From positions 19,270,754-19,334,753 of the forward strand of contig OZ316896.1 in NCBI GenBank assembly GCA_973895155.1: a DNA stretch of 64,000 bases, read 5' to 3'. The notes under the pieces were generated by a model. It was not told where the DNA came from and did not search any database. It saw nothing but the letters and a program-made list of their open reading frames with translations. Shown here in pieces: positions 39,236 through 52,830 of the stretch. The translations under genes and the position numbers were made by a program. The number at the start of each line of letters is the position of its first letter. Positions within the stretch are counted from its first letter, which is position 1. Source of the DNA: Marsupella aquatica. Taxonomy: Eukaryota > Plantae > Marchantiophyta.

Positions 39236-39625
39236 TTATATATAAGAGTTGTTACTTTGTACCTTTATATATAGCTGCAAAGGTATAAAATTGCCAAACT
39301 GGGAGACATGATGGTAAAGGCCAAAGAGCCCAATAAAGGGGGAAAACAAGGAAATCAGGAGAACACAAGAGCCATAAAGCCAAAGGCTATATGGCCAAAG
39401 AACAAAAGCCCTAAATAATGGCCAAATAACAAAAAACCTACTGAGCCACATACTGAAACTTCTGGTAGAGCTCCGGGGTGAACAACATATGAGGGTCACA
39501 AAGACGGATTGACTAAAAACCCTAAAACCAATTGCCTCAGCCCGCCGAAGGATCGTGAAGGCCTGAGCCCATTGTAGAGCAATGGACACCCAAAAGTAGC
39601 CAGTGAGTACTGAAATAATTTCCAT
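39236..39625 (-). mobile_element. 3' end fragment of a CRE-like (RLE-type) non-LTR retrotransposon
   Basis: The peptide YFWVSIALQWAQAFTILRRAEA resembles the C-terminal SIALQRAQA..ILRR motif of CRE-like elements and is related to 43957-44130. Confidence 0.45.
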
Positions 39626-42039
39626 TCAAATTAAGAGTGCCTCTAGAAAGTACATGTATGTGCAATTGAAATTAGTTCATTATTACTTTACAACCAGCAA
39701 CTTGTGTGAATCAAGCCATAAGCTTAATTGGTCACTTTTTTGTCACATTAAAGAAATTCTCTTATAAATATTAGCTTGATCATTAAGATATAATAGATGC
39801 GTGAATATATATCCTTTACTTATGCCACGGGACAAAACGCTAAATTGAGTTCTAGGATTGGCCAGCTATATCACACTACCAAATAGCAAAAAGTGTCAAA
39901 CCAGGAGATGAGACAGGCTCTCAAAGGCAAGAGACCAATGCAGGGGGAGAAAATGGGGACAACAAAGGAAAAAGTTTATTGAATTGCCATCTCATATGAG
40001 ATCATGGCAAGAGGGATTCACATGGGATTCACCTATGAAGAACTTCCTCCAAACATAGTAATGCAAACAAATTTGAAACCATCCAACAATGAATGCCATG
40101 ATAAGGAATCCATAATTAAGTACTGTAGACCTGTAGTGGGTTACTAGCATGAAATTATATACCTTGTGAATACATGAAGGTGGAGGAGGGTTTAATGTAT
40201 AATGTATTGTAGAATGGCGATGGGGTCCTTCTCTTATGGCAACATAACAAAGGTCGGTTATTGTATCCAGCAGAACACATTACAAGAGTCGTGACACGAA
40301 CATATAACAAAAGTGTCAAACTGAGTCCAAATTGTAATCAAATTTTCATGAGGGCCATTGCGCCAAGTTTTCCAGCCAGATCCATCAAGGATATATCTCC
40401 TGGCAGGAAACACCAGTCATCACAAAGTACAAACAGAAAACCTATAGTACCGCCAGTTGGCCTGCTGGGTGCCACAAACAACATCTCCCCCCCCCTTGAC
40501 AGGGAATAAAATAAAATAATTAAACACAATGAGCAACCTATTGTACACTAGTCAAACTACAAAGAACAGATTATGCTAAAATAAATATACTAATGATCAA
40601 CATATATACCTGCATCTAAAGTAAAACAAGATTGGTGGTTGGCTCGGCTCTTGGCTTTGGGTAGTGCTTCCTTCTCCTTCCTTTTCCCCCCAAAAACGAC
40701 AAAGTCGAAAACTTACAAAGAAAGGACATTATGTTAGAATAAAAATAACGATACTAATAATCAAAATCTAAGAGTGTGCCGAATGTAAGGGCACAGTAGA
40801 TTAATCTAAATTATGGGTCGGTGCTTGTTGCACGGCTCCTAGGCGGGGTTTCCTCTCCTTTTTCTAAAGTAACGACTAATTGAACAAGGGGGGATTCCGA
40901 AAGCACCCAGACTACAGTGGATTATTTTGCCTTTTAGATTAAAAAAATATCATTTTACTGCTAGTACTCTAGATTCTCTGCTGTTATCGAGCACATAAAA
41001 TATTTTAAAGGGAAAAATGGCAGCCCAGTATTTCATAGGAAACTGACATCCTAATATTTCCATGCCATGCAAGGTTTTCTACCTAATACTCCTTTGTTAT
41101 GTCCGTCCCCTAAAGGCACGGTTTGATCTCACAAAAAGACAATTGAAAGTAGTTGACATATGAACCCATTTAGTGGGAACCCGGGTTAGCCTCACTATCT
41201 CCTCAATATTTAATATTTTTTCTATTTGCCCAAAATCCGTGTGTTGAACTGCAGACCTGTTGGGTCCCAGCCAAGAGTTTGGACCCCAGGAAAGACCTGA
41301 CACAACACAGTTGAAGTAGACTTGGTATGTAAATCAAGATAATCAAGAACTATAATACAAGGTCACAGATCTTTTATAGAGTGGTTGTCATTTGAATTTG
41401 CAGGCACAAAATGTAAAGAATATGACAAAGAGAAAGAATAAACAAAAACTTAATTACATCCATGCCTCCTTTTGGTACCATCCATGCATAGGAATACATG
41501 AACCTTTACTTCCTCTACCATTTTTTATCAATCTAATACCTTATCCCCAATCCTTTGTAAAGTCTGAACCAATTTTGACCTTTCATCAAAACATTGTTTT
41601 TTAACACCTTCAAATTGATCTATATGCCCTATCTAAAATAAATCTCTGTCCAACATACACTTTAGAATGCCAGCACCTGGTCAAGATGAAGAACTTAATT
41701 AAAAAATTAATTATATTGATTCATATATAAATTATCTAAATTTAAATTGGAAATTTTGGAGTAAACATTGATTTTCTGAAAAACTGTTGTTTATAAATAA
41801 TATAGAGAATATTTTTCTCTAAGAATTTCAAGTTAAATAAAACACATTTTTTTCCTGTCACTCGATTGTGCTTGGACTCCATGATGGGGTGACTGCTATC
41901 TTGCCTCTCAAATTTCTATGTGCAATGGATAATGGATGGGTTATTGAACACGACCTCAAAAGTGTATGGTCAAGATCACACATAACATGTCTCGATAATT
42001 ACACTCTAAAGCTCATAATTTCCTGTCTTGCCTTGTCAT

Positions 42040-42430
42040 CTTTTTTTGAATCTTCACGTATTTATCTCTCCTCAACATCTTTTCCTTGTCTTGCCAACTT
42101 TTCTTCATCTCGCCATGTTTATCTTACTACGGCATTTTATTCTCACCCTCGATATTTTTCTCTCACCCTTGACATTTTTCACTCCTTGACATGTTTTCTC
42201 ACCTTGACATCTCTTTTCACCTTGACATATTATCTTTTTCTCACTTTGACATCTTTACCTCACCACAATAACATTCCCTCACCCTCAATATCTTTTCTCT
42301 CCTCACCATCTTTTCCTCATCTTTACGTGTTTTTCTCACCTTGCCATCTTCTCCCTACTTGGCATATTTTTCTCACCTCGACCTATTTCCTCACCTTGGC
42401 AATTTTTCTCTCATTGACATCTTTTCAACA
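42040..42430. repeat. Degenerate ~20-bp pyrimidine-rich minisatellite
   Basis: Recurring TTTTTCTCACCTTGACAT units. They resemble the reverse complement of the Helitron-associated array at 32.9-33.6 kb. Confidence 0.65.
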
Positions 42431-43949
42431 TTGGATGTTTGAGAGGAGGTGTTCCCCTCCCCGGTCCCCTCATATATACTTTGGGGACCTACCACCCCTG
42501 GACCAACTTTGGTCTCAATAGTTTGACCTCCCACCCATGCATCGTTGAGTGCGGAAGTGAGTGCCAAGACATAACGGCAACCAAGAGCTTGGGACAGTTA
42601 GTGCCATTGGATGGGGTCAAGTTATAGCTGGAGTTGGGACCCAAAGTCTTGGGTCTCTTATCTTGGGTCTCATCCCAACCTTGTGATCCTTGGTCCTGGC
42701 ATGGTAGGGAGTTGTTGCATCTGTCATTGAACACTAAGTCTTGGTCTGGCCACACTTGGTCGCTTTTCTGTATCACTTGTCATTGGGTTGTCGTGCGGTC
42801 AGGCCTTGAGTCGGGCTTGGTTGCTCATCTCTCGCCTTCCCAGCCTTGGTCACTTGTTGGGCCTCATCAGGCCTCACTCATTGAAGGGGATGAAGTTGGG
42901 ACGCAGGAGGGCGGGAGTTGTCACTCCCTTGTCCGGTCGTGGAGGGAGAGTCGGGTGTGGGGCAACAAGAGTCGGGGCACATGTTTTTTAGGGCAGCGCC
43001 GGGTCACCGGGCTGGGGTTGGGGCAGGAGGGACAGCAAGAAGTGTGGCGAGGGAGACGTGGCACGGCAGCAAGAGTTGGGCCACGGTGGGGTCCAGGACA
43101 GTCAGGGTGCCACTCCGGCAATTCGGCCCAGACGGGGGCCCAAAGGCTACTCTTGGGGAGCGCTTGTCGTTGGGCCACAGCGATCGTCTGCACTAGAACT
43201 GAGGGAATTCCGCAATGTCTGCCACTGAAAATCCGTTGCTTCCAATTGCAATACATTTTCCCCCTCTTCTTGGTTCCATTTTGACTGGTTTCAATTTTTC
43301 TCACCCAAAATGACGCTCCAAATTTGAATGACGACCACATTATTTTTTGGCGCAACCTCTGATATAGCATGCTCATCCTGTAACATGCTTTACTTTAAAT
43401 GTAAAACTAGAATACATATTAAATGTGAATGAGATAAAATAATATAAGTAAAGCACATGCAAATAAAAGCACATAGTGACCAATGAAAAGTACAATTAAA
43501 TTTTATGACACAAAGATGCAACTAGTTGTGCACTTACTTCAATGTGCCTTATTAGTGACACTCATTTCAATAAAAACCATAAACTTAGGAAAGAAAGGCA
43601 TGAGGGAACTTAACACACGATGTGTTGACGTTACTTAGAGTCATTCCTCTCACTCCTGAGAATACTTAAAAGCGGGTAGAAAATGAAGCCCTTAGTTTCT
43701 CTAGAGGAAATAACAAAGTTTAAGAATTAAGGGGCTGCCAAAACAAATTCAAAATACTGTAGGATACCAAAAATTAAAGGGGTCCAAAAATGAATTAAAA
43801 GTCTATATGATACAAAGGATGCCCCTTGTTAAGGAACATTCAAATAAAAATACATGATACAAAAATATGAATAAAACAAAACATGAAAGTTGGATTCACC
43901 TTATAGAAATGTCATATATGATTATACTTCTTGATACGGCCAAGGAACA

Positions 43950-44590
43950 AAAACCATCAAACCCAAAAACAAGATCCCAAAAGTAAAGGACCCAATAAAG
44001 TCCATAGAATTGTCATGAAGAGGCTACAAACCCTAAATCCAACGCCTTGGCCCTTCAAAGAATGGGGACTGTCTGAGTCCATAATGCAACAGACACCAGC
44101 TTTCTGAAGGAAGTAAACTGGAGACAAAGCCCCTAGCTCTATACAATAGACCGCACATGATTGCAAGAAATGGGCAACAATAGGGTGTAGAGCCCCAAAG
44201 ACTTCCAAAGTGAACAGGTATAAAAAATCCTCAGTGTAACAAGTAGCATATGTCTCCTCCTTGAGTTGGGCTGCCTTGGTTAAAGCATGGCTGGTACACG
44301 GGCAGCAACAACAACATGACTCTTGCCAGTAGGATATATATGCAACTACCAGATCTCCTAGGGGACTAACTCTTTGCCCTAAGAAAGACCAAATTGACCC
44401 ATTGCCTGTCAGGAACATTATCCCTGGGTGGAATTACATGTCACATCCACCCTGACAGGCAATGTGCCAATTTGGTCTTTCCTAGGGCAAAAGACGATGG
44501 AGGGACTATGCAACATGGTTTCAGAGTCCCAAACAATGGCGACCACCCCATCACAATTTGCAGTGGTAACTGTCAAAACTCATTAGTGTA
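43950..44590 (-). mobile_element. Decayed CRE-like (RLE-type) non-LTR retrotransposon C-terminal fragment
   Basis: LGDLVV...ALTKAAQLKEETY...FTLEVFGALHPIVAHFL fits the D...K...Y...E.FG pattern of restriction-like endonucleases. It is followed by a frameshifted VSVALWTQTVPIL*RA. Confidence 0.45.
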
Positions 44591-45447
44591 CACGTGAAGC
44601 TCCGTGTACAAAGATCTTTAGAGTAATTTAGATTCAAACAGATGGCACACCTGAGTGTGAACTTTGGTCTGATTTGGCTTAGCCAACAATGCAGTTTGCA
44701 CAGCTGCAAAAAGCTCTTTCATTGGGAGTTGGGAAATCATTTTTGGAGGTGAATTATTTGAACTACAAGAGCCAGGTTGATTGAACACCTTTTCCATTAT
44801 TTTTGGTCTTGAAAGTAATGTTCGACCTTAAACTCACTCAGATACAAGGATTAAAAGTGTGAAAGATCCCAAGGGCAGGAGACCAAGTAAAAGGGAAGAA
44901 GGCTACTGTAGTAGTAACATGGTTGGCTAGATCATTCAGATGTTTTTTAGTGGCACCCAGTGCACAACTTCAGGATTCCAGCTGGCCTAGGGAAAGGCAG
45001 GAGTTTTTTAACAAACAGTTTTAACAGTATTTCCTCGTGTAATTTTAACATCTGGATCTCTCCGTTTGCTAACCTACGGTATGATCGTAGGGCTTCCATG
45101 AAGCGTTACAGGAAAGTCTGCTCTTGGCATGACCACAAAATTCACATGGAAAAATTTCAGAACTCATGGAGACCACAAATGATCAACAAATTCCCTTATG
45201 CCCTTGAACAAACCTATTATAATCACCTCCAATGATGCCAAAACCTATCAGCTGTATGAATTTCCTTTGAGAGCTGTGCATATGGCCTGCTCGAACTTGT
45301 TAAGAGTGTGAATAGGACGTGTCAAATCAGGGCTGTAACTCAATTACAACTTAGGACATAAAATGTTTTAATTTATGGCCAAGACTAAATCACTGTGGGA
45401 GACCCAAATACATTTTACGTCCAAACATTCATACTCCAAAGACTCTA

Positions 45448-45829
45448 CACTGTTCACCATAATTAGTGTTATGCAAGAATTAGTGTTAGTGAAAAATTAG
45501 TGTTACTAACACTAATTTTGGTAAAAATGATTTTGAGTCCAAATAACACTAATTTTTGTCGGTTTTCAAAATGAATTTTGTTCAGTTTAGTTTAAATTGC
45601 TTGTAAAAAACAGATGATCTCTAGTCCAAAGTAACACTAATTGTTGTGGAGTTTTTTAAATAGTTTTTTTCTTTGTATTTTGCCACTTTTAAGACCATAG
45701 TAACACTAATTCATGTGCGTGAAAATAGTGTTAGCACAAAATTAGTGTGACTAACACTAATTCGCGAGTAGACCCTGAAAATGGGCGCTCTCGAATTAGT
45801 GTTACTCACACTAATTACGGTGAACAGTG
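45448..45829. mobile_element. 382-bp MITE, copy 1 (CACTG termini, TA TSD)
   Basis: TIRs CACTGTTCACC(A/G)TAATTAGTGT / ACACTAATTACGGTGAACAGTG, with TA on both sides. Many internal AATTAGTGTTA motifs in both orientations. Near-identical to 61397-61778. Confidence 0.92.
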
Positions 45830-46617
45830 TAGTTACAAAAGAACTTTGACACACCCTAATGGACTTGCCACCTTGTGAAACTCTAAATTGTGCAGGATTA
45901 TTTCTCTCGCCCCAGTTCCCGGCTCCTTTCTCTTGGTCACCTTTGTACACAGTTCGCCCGAGCTGCCCAAAAGCTCTTGTAACTGGCAGACCAGTGCACG
46001 CCAAGTGGGATTTCATCTGACGTATGAGTAAGCGACACATGCCCATTCCTGGGCAGCAACTCTAAAAACTTCCCTTCAACCGGTTTTAGCATAATCCCGT
46101 TCCCAGTGCATCCGGGCCGTAGAATCTTTGCCATCGGAATCTGTAAATGTTCTTAAAATGCATTTTATACTGAAAATTTAATTCCCTTCGCGCAAAAGTT
46201 CAATCCCAAGTAGGGCCCCCGGTTGTCAGGCTGCCCCCGGGCACGACAGCATGGTGCAGTGGGAAGGTGGACAGATCGTGTTGCCCGCAGCCCTCAAACA
46301 GGATCCATTGGATCTTTAGACCTACGGTCAGGATTCGATATCTGGACAGGTCGTTCTCCCTCTCCGGGCGGCGGGTCGACATCGCGGGCAGTGGATAACG
46401 TAACGGTATATCTACCCCTGAGATATTAATTTTCAAAATGAAATAATATTCTCTGGGAAACCCTAACCCCATTTCGTCGTCTCCAGGGAGAATCTCTTGC
46501 ACAGTGGTTCCCACCGACGGCTATACACAGACTGCTGCCCGCCAATCCGGGAAGGTTTTTTTCCCGCCATGGGCAGAGAAGCCCCGATTGAATTTGGACT
46601 GCGAAAGAGGTACACAA

Positions 46618-46940
46618 TGTGGGGAGAAATCAGATCAGGAAGAACACTCCAAACATACACGTGCTCAATAGTTACGTGGTTCGCCTCAAGGTTAGCTACG
46701 TCCACGGGAATACAAAGCTTTATTAACGGTTATGTGTGTACTCAAGCATCACCATAGCTCTCATCTCTTCAAGTTCTCATCTCTTGCTATATCACTGTGT
46801 TCTCTCTTGAGAACTCTCTTGTGTGTTCTCACACCACATAGAAGTTGAAGAGATAAGGACCAACTCTTCAACTAGGGTTTACTCTAACCCCAGTTAACAT
46901 ACTAACCATGGTTCAACCCAAGACTGAGTTAACCTCTACA
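46618..46940. mobile_element. Solo LTR (323 bp)
   Basis: TG...CA termini (TGTGGGGA / CCTCTACA) flanked by the 5-bp TSD CACAA at 46613-46617 and 46941-46945. The interior is CT-rich. Confidence 0.7.
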
Positions 46941-49900
46941 CACAAAGGTACTGACCTTGCACTGAGCGACATATACTTAAAACCGATTTTTAAACTTGAG
47001 TAAAGTCACCTCTTTCTAAGTGCACACTCTGCCTTAGGGCTGTCTTGTATGTGCAAGAGTCCTCAAAAAAGTGTCCTAACCAGCCCACAAATGTAGGGGA
47101 AAAGTGTCAACCTGAATCCAAATTCAATCAAAGAATACATTACCTGTGACGCGCCCATTCAGTTGTACCGGCTGCAATTTTGTTGTATTCTCTTTAAAAA
47201 ATTTGGACCTCAAGGGCTGGAAAATTTCCCGCCCTTGCCCTTGCTTCCCCACAAAATATGGCATCAGGACTGCCTTACTAGCGCAACTTTTTGAAGTGAC
47301 ACGGTTCACCTGAGGGCTGGAAAACATAGGATTTTGCACATACAAGATGGCCCTTGTACTTACATGTGGCTTGCACTATGCACATCTTCAGACTCTACAC
47401 TTATTGGCTGAACTTTAGCTCAGTATTGGGATGAGGAGCCCCAAAGTGGACACAGAACACATACTCAGAATGTATTGTCAAAAGAGTATTAACACTAGAG
47501 ATTAGTTCAGCTTATTGTGAACACATAGCTTTGGTGATGGGCCTGGTAGACAAGTAACATGATGAGTAAGTGACTACCAGCTCGACCTTCACTCATTCCT
47601 CTTCCCTCTGCCCCTTGTCACATTTGAGAAGTTGTCACCGTGTGTTCAAGTAGGATTCTATTGCATTCACTAAACCATCAAGTATATATTGCTTGGATTG
47701 TACCCCTGTCAGAATCATCAGAACTGCAACATAAATTTAACATACAAATGTATGCACTTATCCACAAGAGTTCCATATAGTATTTTACACACGTACCCAT
47801 ATTAAGTGGGGTTTGGCTCCGGTCATGCACGCACAGACTTTCCCCCAAGGGAAGTGGCTGACTCCCAAAAGCTAGTCCTACCACTTGTGACCTATGTCTG
47901 TAACACATACTTGCGGCCCTGAGACACCCTATTTTCTCTGCATAGACTGTAATGGAATGAAGGACTTCTTGAAATGCTAAAGTGCACTCTGTGTAGTACT
48001 AATACTTAGGGACCATTGGGTTTGCACATGAAATAAATAAGTATTGAAATTTTTTGTCCCAAGGGCAAAATTTAAAGTACAGTTTGTGACCTTTGGACAA
48101 TAGAACTTCAGTTTCCCAGGCTATCTTTGGGATGCCTAAGTAAGTAATTCAAAAAGACAGCCCAAATGAGCAGTAAGTTGCCAAAAATATCAGACCATGC
48201 CTGTAATTTACCTTAGCAAAAAATAGGACAGGTAAAAATTGACTCCAACACACACAATGTGACCATCCAAAAATGGTGGGCAATCTTGGGGAATATGAGG
48301 AGTTAATTTACACACAAAACAGCCTGAAAAAACTCCATGAAACTATAAAATGCCCTGGCCATGCTATTAAGAGTTGAGATTGGTGTAACAAATGCCAACC
48401 GACTTTGATAACAGGGACCTCAAAATGAAGAACAATTCAACTGATTCTTCCCCATAAATGCACTGCGTAAAAAATCGCGGCTGAAATTCTTCGGGCAGGC
48501 TGGGGAAAGTACTCGTGAAACCTCGCCGTACAGAAAGTACGTCCAGGTACATAACTGGAGTACACTATAATACATATTCAGAGGTACTGTACTGTATTGC
48601 AGAGGTTTCGGGAAAGCTGACGGGAAACTTTCGGTGGGCGGCGGGCTGAGGTTTTGAGGCCCGGGGAAAAAAGATTTCCACCATCTGACGGGATGACGTC
48701 ATCCGACAAGATTCTATCATCCCGATTCGGGCAGACTAGGAAAATTAATTAGGTTTCCATTTTGGGAAATAATCAAGGACAGAATATTCAATATTAAGCC
48801 GGAAAATCCAGAAGGACCAAGGGATATGTTTTCTCAATCCCAATGGGCTGCCTACCCACTTCCAGTCTTCCTCAATCTACCTCGATCGGTATACTTTTAA
48901 AAGGACGTTTGGCTTTTGAGAAGTATTCTAGGAGTGCCCTGATTAAGAGTAAAATGTTGGTTTTGGTATGTTAGGGTATCTCAAACCTCAAATTTTAGAT
49001 GTACTTTGATTTAGTAGCTAAAGTTATGGGCAGAAATATACCAAGGTTTATATTGAGTATGCTTTAAGATTTTGATTGGTCAGAGACTCAGAGTGGTGAA
49101 TGTGAGTGGGTGTGAAGATTATGCTAGGAATCTTCTTTATCTGATTTTCTGAGATTGTTTTGTGACCATTAGACCTCCTTAGATTAGATCTTGGAGTGGT
49201 GCAATCCAGCAATTTTGCCACTAAAACATACACAAAACGCACTTCTTCAGATTACACCCAAAATTCACAATGATTGGTTGTTTTTGGAAGTATATTTCAT
49301 TTTGAGAAGGATCTGGAGTGCCCTGACCAGTGCCCTGACCAAATGTAAACTGGTTTCAACATTTGATGGACCTTGACTTTGTAGTTATTATGGAAAAATA
49401 TATGGAATACTTAAGTCATAATCCATAACTTGTTGCCATAAAGATTGGAGTATTGGACACAGACCATGAACAAGTCAATGTAGAGGCTAGTGATGAGAAA
49501 CAAATACACTTATGCAGAACCTGTGTAAAAGCTATGGCCATTTGTTTATTGCCAAAATTCATCATTTGTAATTACTAAGCTTTGAGAATGACTGTTTGTT
49601 CATTTATTTGGACAATTTTGGATCTATGTTAAATAAGCACAAAGTTTGAAGTTTTCTTGAATCATTTGTTCAAAAAAGGAAGTCAAGATGGACCATCATG
49701 TTGGACACAGGGCTCCCCTGGACCACACATTGTGGTGGTTTGGGGCCCATTACTTGATAACTATGAGAAAAAAAACATTCTTAGTTTATACCTGCATGGC
49801 AACTAGAGAGAGAGGAGACTTTGAAAAACTCAACCCCAAATATTTCCTATTAACATTAACACAATGAAAATCAATGTAGTGGAATCTACCCCTCCGCATT

Positions 49901-50329
49901 CTACGATAAATAGTTCAACCAAAATGGCCAAAAATCACTGTCACTTTGATGGACAGGCAGTTTACCTAATCCTCTAGCATATCGCCAAAACAAAAAAATG
50001 TCAATTTAAGAATATCAAGCAAATTTTCAATTTAAGAATATCATTGCAAACTGTGGTCCATGGGGGCATGTCTTTTAAACCCCCATGGACCAAATTCCAT
50101 TTGTTCCAGTGCCCATGAATGTAGAAATGTTCAATATTATAAATCAATTGCCAAGGATGTTTGAATAAGGCCAAGCATACAATATTGAATATTTAGTTTG
50201 GATGGTCCAAGGAGGAGGTATATGTTTGATGGGCCCTTTGGTGTAACTTTCTTACCTGATGGGCCCCGATGGCACTTTTCTTGCCTAATAGCCCCCCTCT
50301 ACACTTTTGCGTCAGTTGTTTAAAAAATA

Positions 50330-52830
50330 ATTATTTTGTTTATTCGGCTTGAACCCCACGGAGAGGGAAACCAGCAGGCCCAACGGCAAAAAGGCCACAA
50401 GGGCAGTAAAAAGATTTTCCTCAGTACCCTAAGTCAAACTAAGAGCATCTTCAGTAAGAATCCTTAGATTGCAGTGGCCAGTTTTGAATCCAGGAGAAGG
50501 ATCACTCTGGTGTCATTGCTTCCAAGTGGTCTAAAGACTCCTACTTAATCTTGTAAACCTGTTACAGTTGGATATGTATTTTAATAGCTACTCCATAGCT
50601 GAGAAGTATTCTTTGTAATATCTTGTGACCTCCTAACTTCAACAAACCTTGTGCGTTATCAGCCTTCTAACTCCAGACCTAACAAACCTTGTGCGTTCCT
50701 CTTTTAGCATTTCAGATGCAGCGTGTAGTCGACCCCGCTTCCTGTCAGAGGTGTTGGGTATTTACTCTTACGTCTAGGTTAGGTATGACGTGGTTGGTAC
50801 AACAACGTGGGTTGGTACAACTACGTGGTTAGGTACAACTACGTGATTAGGTACAACTATGTGGTTAGGTACAACTACGTGATTAGGTACAACTATGTGG
50901 TTAGGTACAACTATGTGGTTAGGTACAACTAAGTTGCACACTATATCATAAGAGGCATGTGTGCTTGGAGAGGTAGAACCAAGGCTCATTGTTATGGAGC
51001 CACTTGAGAGATAGGGAGAGCTTACACTGTGGAGACTCGGTATAGCCGACGGGCTTAGAGTTCAGTAAAGCTCTCTTGTGTATTCCCGTGGACGTAGCCT
51101 CAAGGAGGTGAACCACGTATCTCTTGTGTCGACTATTGTGCGTTGGATGGTTCATGGGCTTGCCGTTGCGATCGTCGTCTATGCTCAACAATTGGTATCA
51201 GAGCATGCTTGGGAGGTGACGTGTGTTCGTGACGGGATTTCATGACGGTTTTTCCAGCGTTGAGTGTTGGTGGATTTTCCAGAGTTCCATCGCATGGAAC
51301 TTGGAGTTTATGGGCTCAACGGATAGATCAGGGCAAGAGCTTTCTAACGGTGTGAAGAAATCGTTGAACGGAGCTCGTGGTGCAGAGAGATCTAAGTTTT
51401 TGTCGTTCTGGATTTTTGTGAAGAAAGTTGGCAATCGACTCAGAGGGAGAAGCGTCAAGTGTTTTGACTCAACGGAGAGATTGAGGCAAGACGATTGTTT
51501 TTGAGTCCGGGATTGGCTCTTTGATGCAAAGAGGAAGGCTAAGCAAAATCAATTACCTTGTTGGACTTGGTGACGGCACCAAGTGCAATTGATCAACATT
51601 CGTTGTTGACAAGGTACCATTTTTTTCTCTTTGAAAAACTGATTCGAAATTGGCTATGGCAATTGAGAGAAATCTGTCATCTTTACCAATTTTTTTCTCC
51701 CTCGTTCTTTCCTCGTTTTGGGTGCTTCTTATATCGATCTTCATCACCTCGGAGTCTAGTTTCCAAATCTGAAATCGGATCTTGATTTAGTCAAAACCCG
51801 AGTGAGATATCATGCGTTGGATGGTTCATGGGCTTGCCGTTGCGATCGTCGTCTATGCTCAACAAGAGGTGGGGATAGCCGCTGTTGTAACAGCAGCAAG
51901 ATGGTTCATTGCTTCCGAAATGACCTGTAATTGATCAAACACCCGTCTTTGTGCCAAATCAAAGGTTTGACTGTTCCTAGCAAGCCAAATGCTCCATAAG
52001 ATCTGGTATATATAAATGCCCTTAGTGAGTGTAAAGGTGTACGACCTTGTAAAGATCTCAGCAGCCCAATGATGCTCAAATTGGTACCGATGAGATCCCC
52101 TCTCATCCACAATGTCGCTTCAATCCAACAACTTTGTGCATGACGGCAGTGACAAAATAGATGGGGGATAGTTTCCAGTGTAGTATCACAGAGCATACAA
52201 TTACCATTGGATTTCCCGATCTTCAGTGCACTTGATCCCGAGAATAAGCCTTGTGCTAAAATATGCCAAATGAAAACTTTCACTCTCATAGAGAGATCCG
52301 CTCTCGAGAGCACTTTCCAAATGCCACTCCATTCCGCCTCTATAAGTGCTTCTCTCCAGATTTGGTTTAAGCGGTCTGAGTCAGTGCCCTTGGGTCGTAG
52401 CATCTCATAGACCCTCATATTTGATAGTCCAAGATTCCTCATCCCTGCAGCTAAATCTAACCACCTCCAAAGGCAAGCATCCGCTAGTGGTGCCTTGCTT
52501 CCAATCCTGGCCCCACTAAGATTGAGCAGAAGTAATTTGCATTGTGCTTGACCGGTGACTGTGAATCCTCTCGGTCTTCGTAATTTTTCCTTACATGGCT
52601 TTCCATCTATTATCCACTGTAGACCAGAGATCCAGTGTAGTCTGAATTCCCAGCCAACCAAACATTTTGACAATCTCCGTGATATTCCTCTCGGGCAGAT
52701 GATAAAAGTCTTGCAGGCAGCGCAACATATCCTCTATGCCCCAATTCCCTGGTATAGAGCCTATGCTAGGGCAAACAATCAAGTGCTCTCTTACCTTTGC
52801 CCATGCACCCCATAGCTTCCCTGTATATGC
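50330..52830 (-). mobile_element. 5'-truncated L1-type LINE fragment (ORF2 C-terminus), interrupted by an LTR element
   Basis: ORF 52673-51906 contains the zf-RVT region W..IWK...RVKVFIW....GL...CMLCDTTLETIPHLFCHCRHAQSCW, with frameshifted ILWSIWLARNSQTF. An AATAAA/A-rich 3' end lies near 50345-50330 on the minus strand. Confidence 0.75.
50752..51864 (+). mobile_element. Internally deleted LTR retrotransposon with tRNA-iMet PBS
   Basis: 5-bp TSD AGAGG at 50747-50751 and 51865-51869. The 5' LTR is 50752-51190 (TGTTG...CAACA) and the PBS is TGGTATCAGAGC at 51193-51204. The last 52 bp of the LTR repeat exactly at 51813-51864. An 18-bp array GTGGTTAGGTACAACTAC lies inside the LTR (50789-50931). 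Confidence 0.9.

Noticed and set aside
41868-43376. ORFs of 217, 216 and 151 aa
   Set aside because: They arise from a pyrimidine-rich minisatellite and a GC-rich TE remnant, with no recognisable domain.
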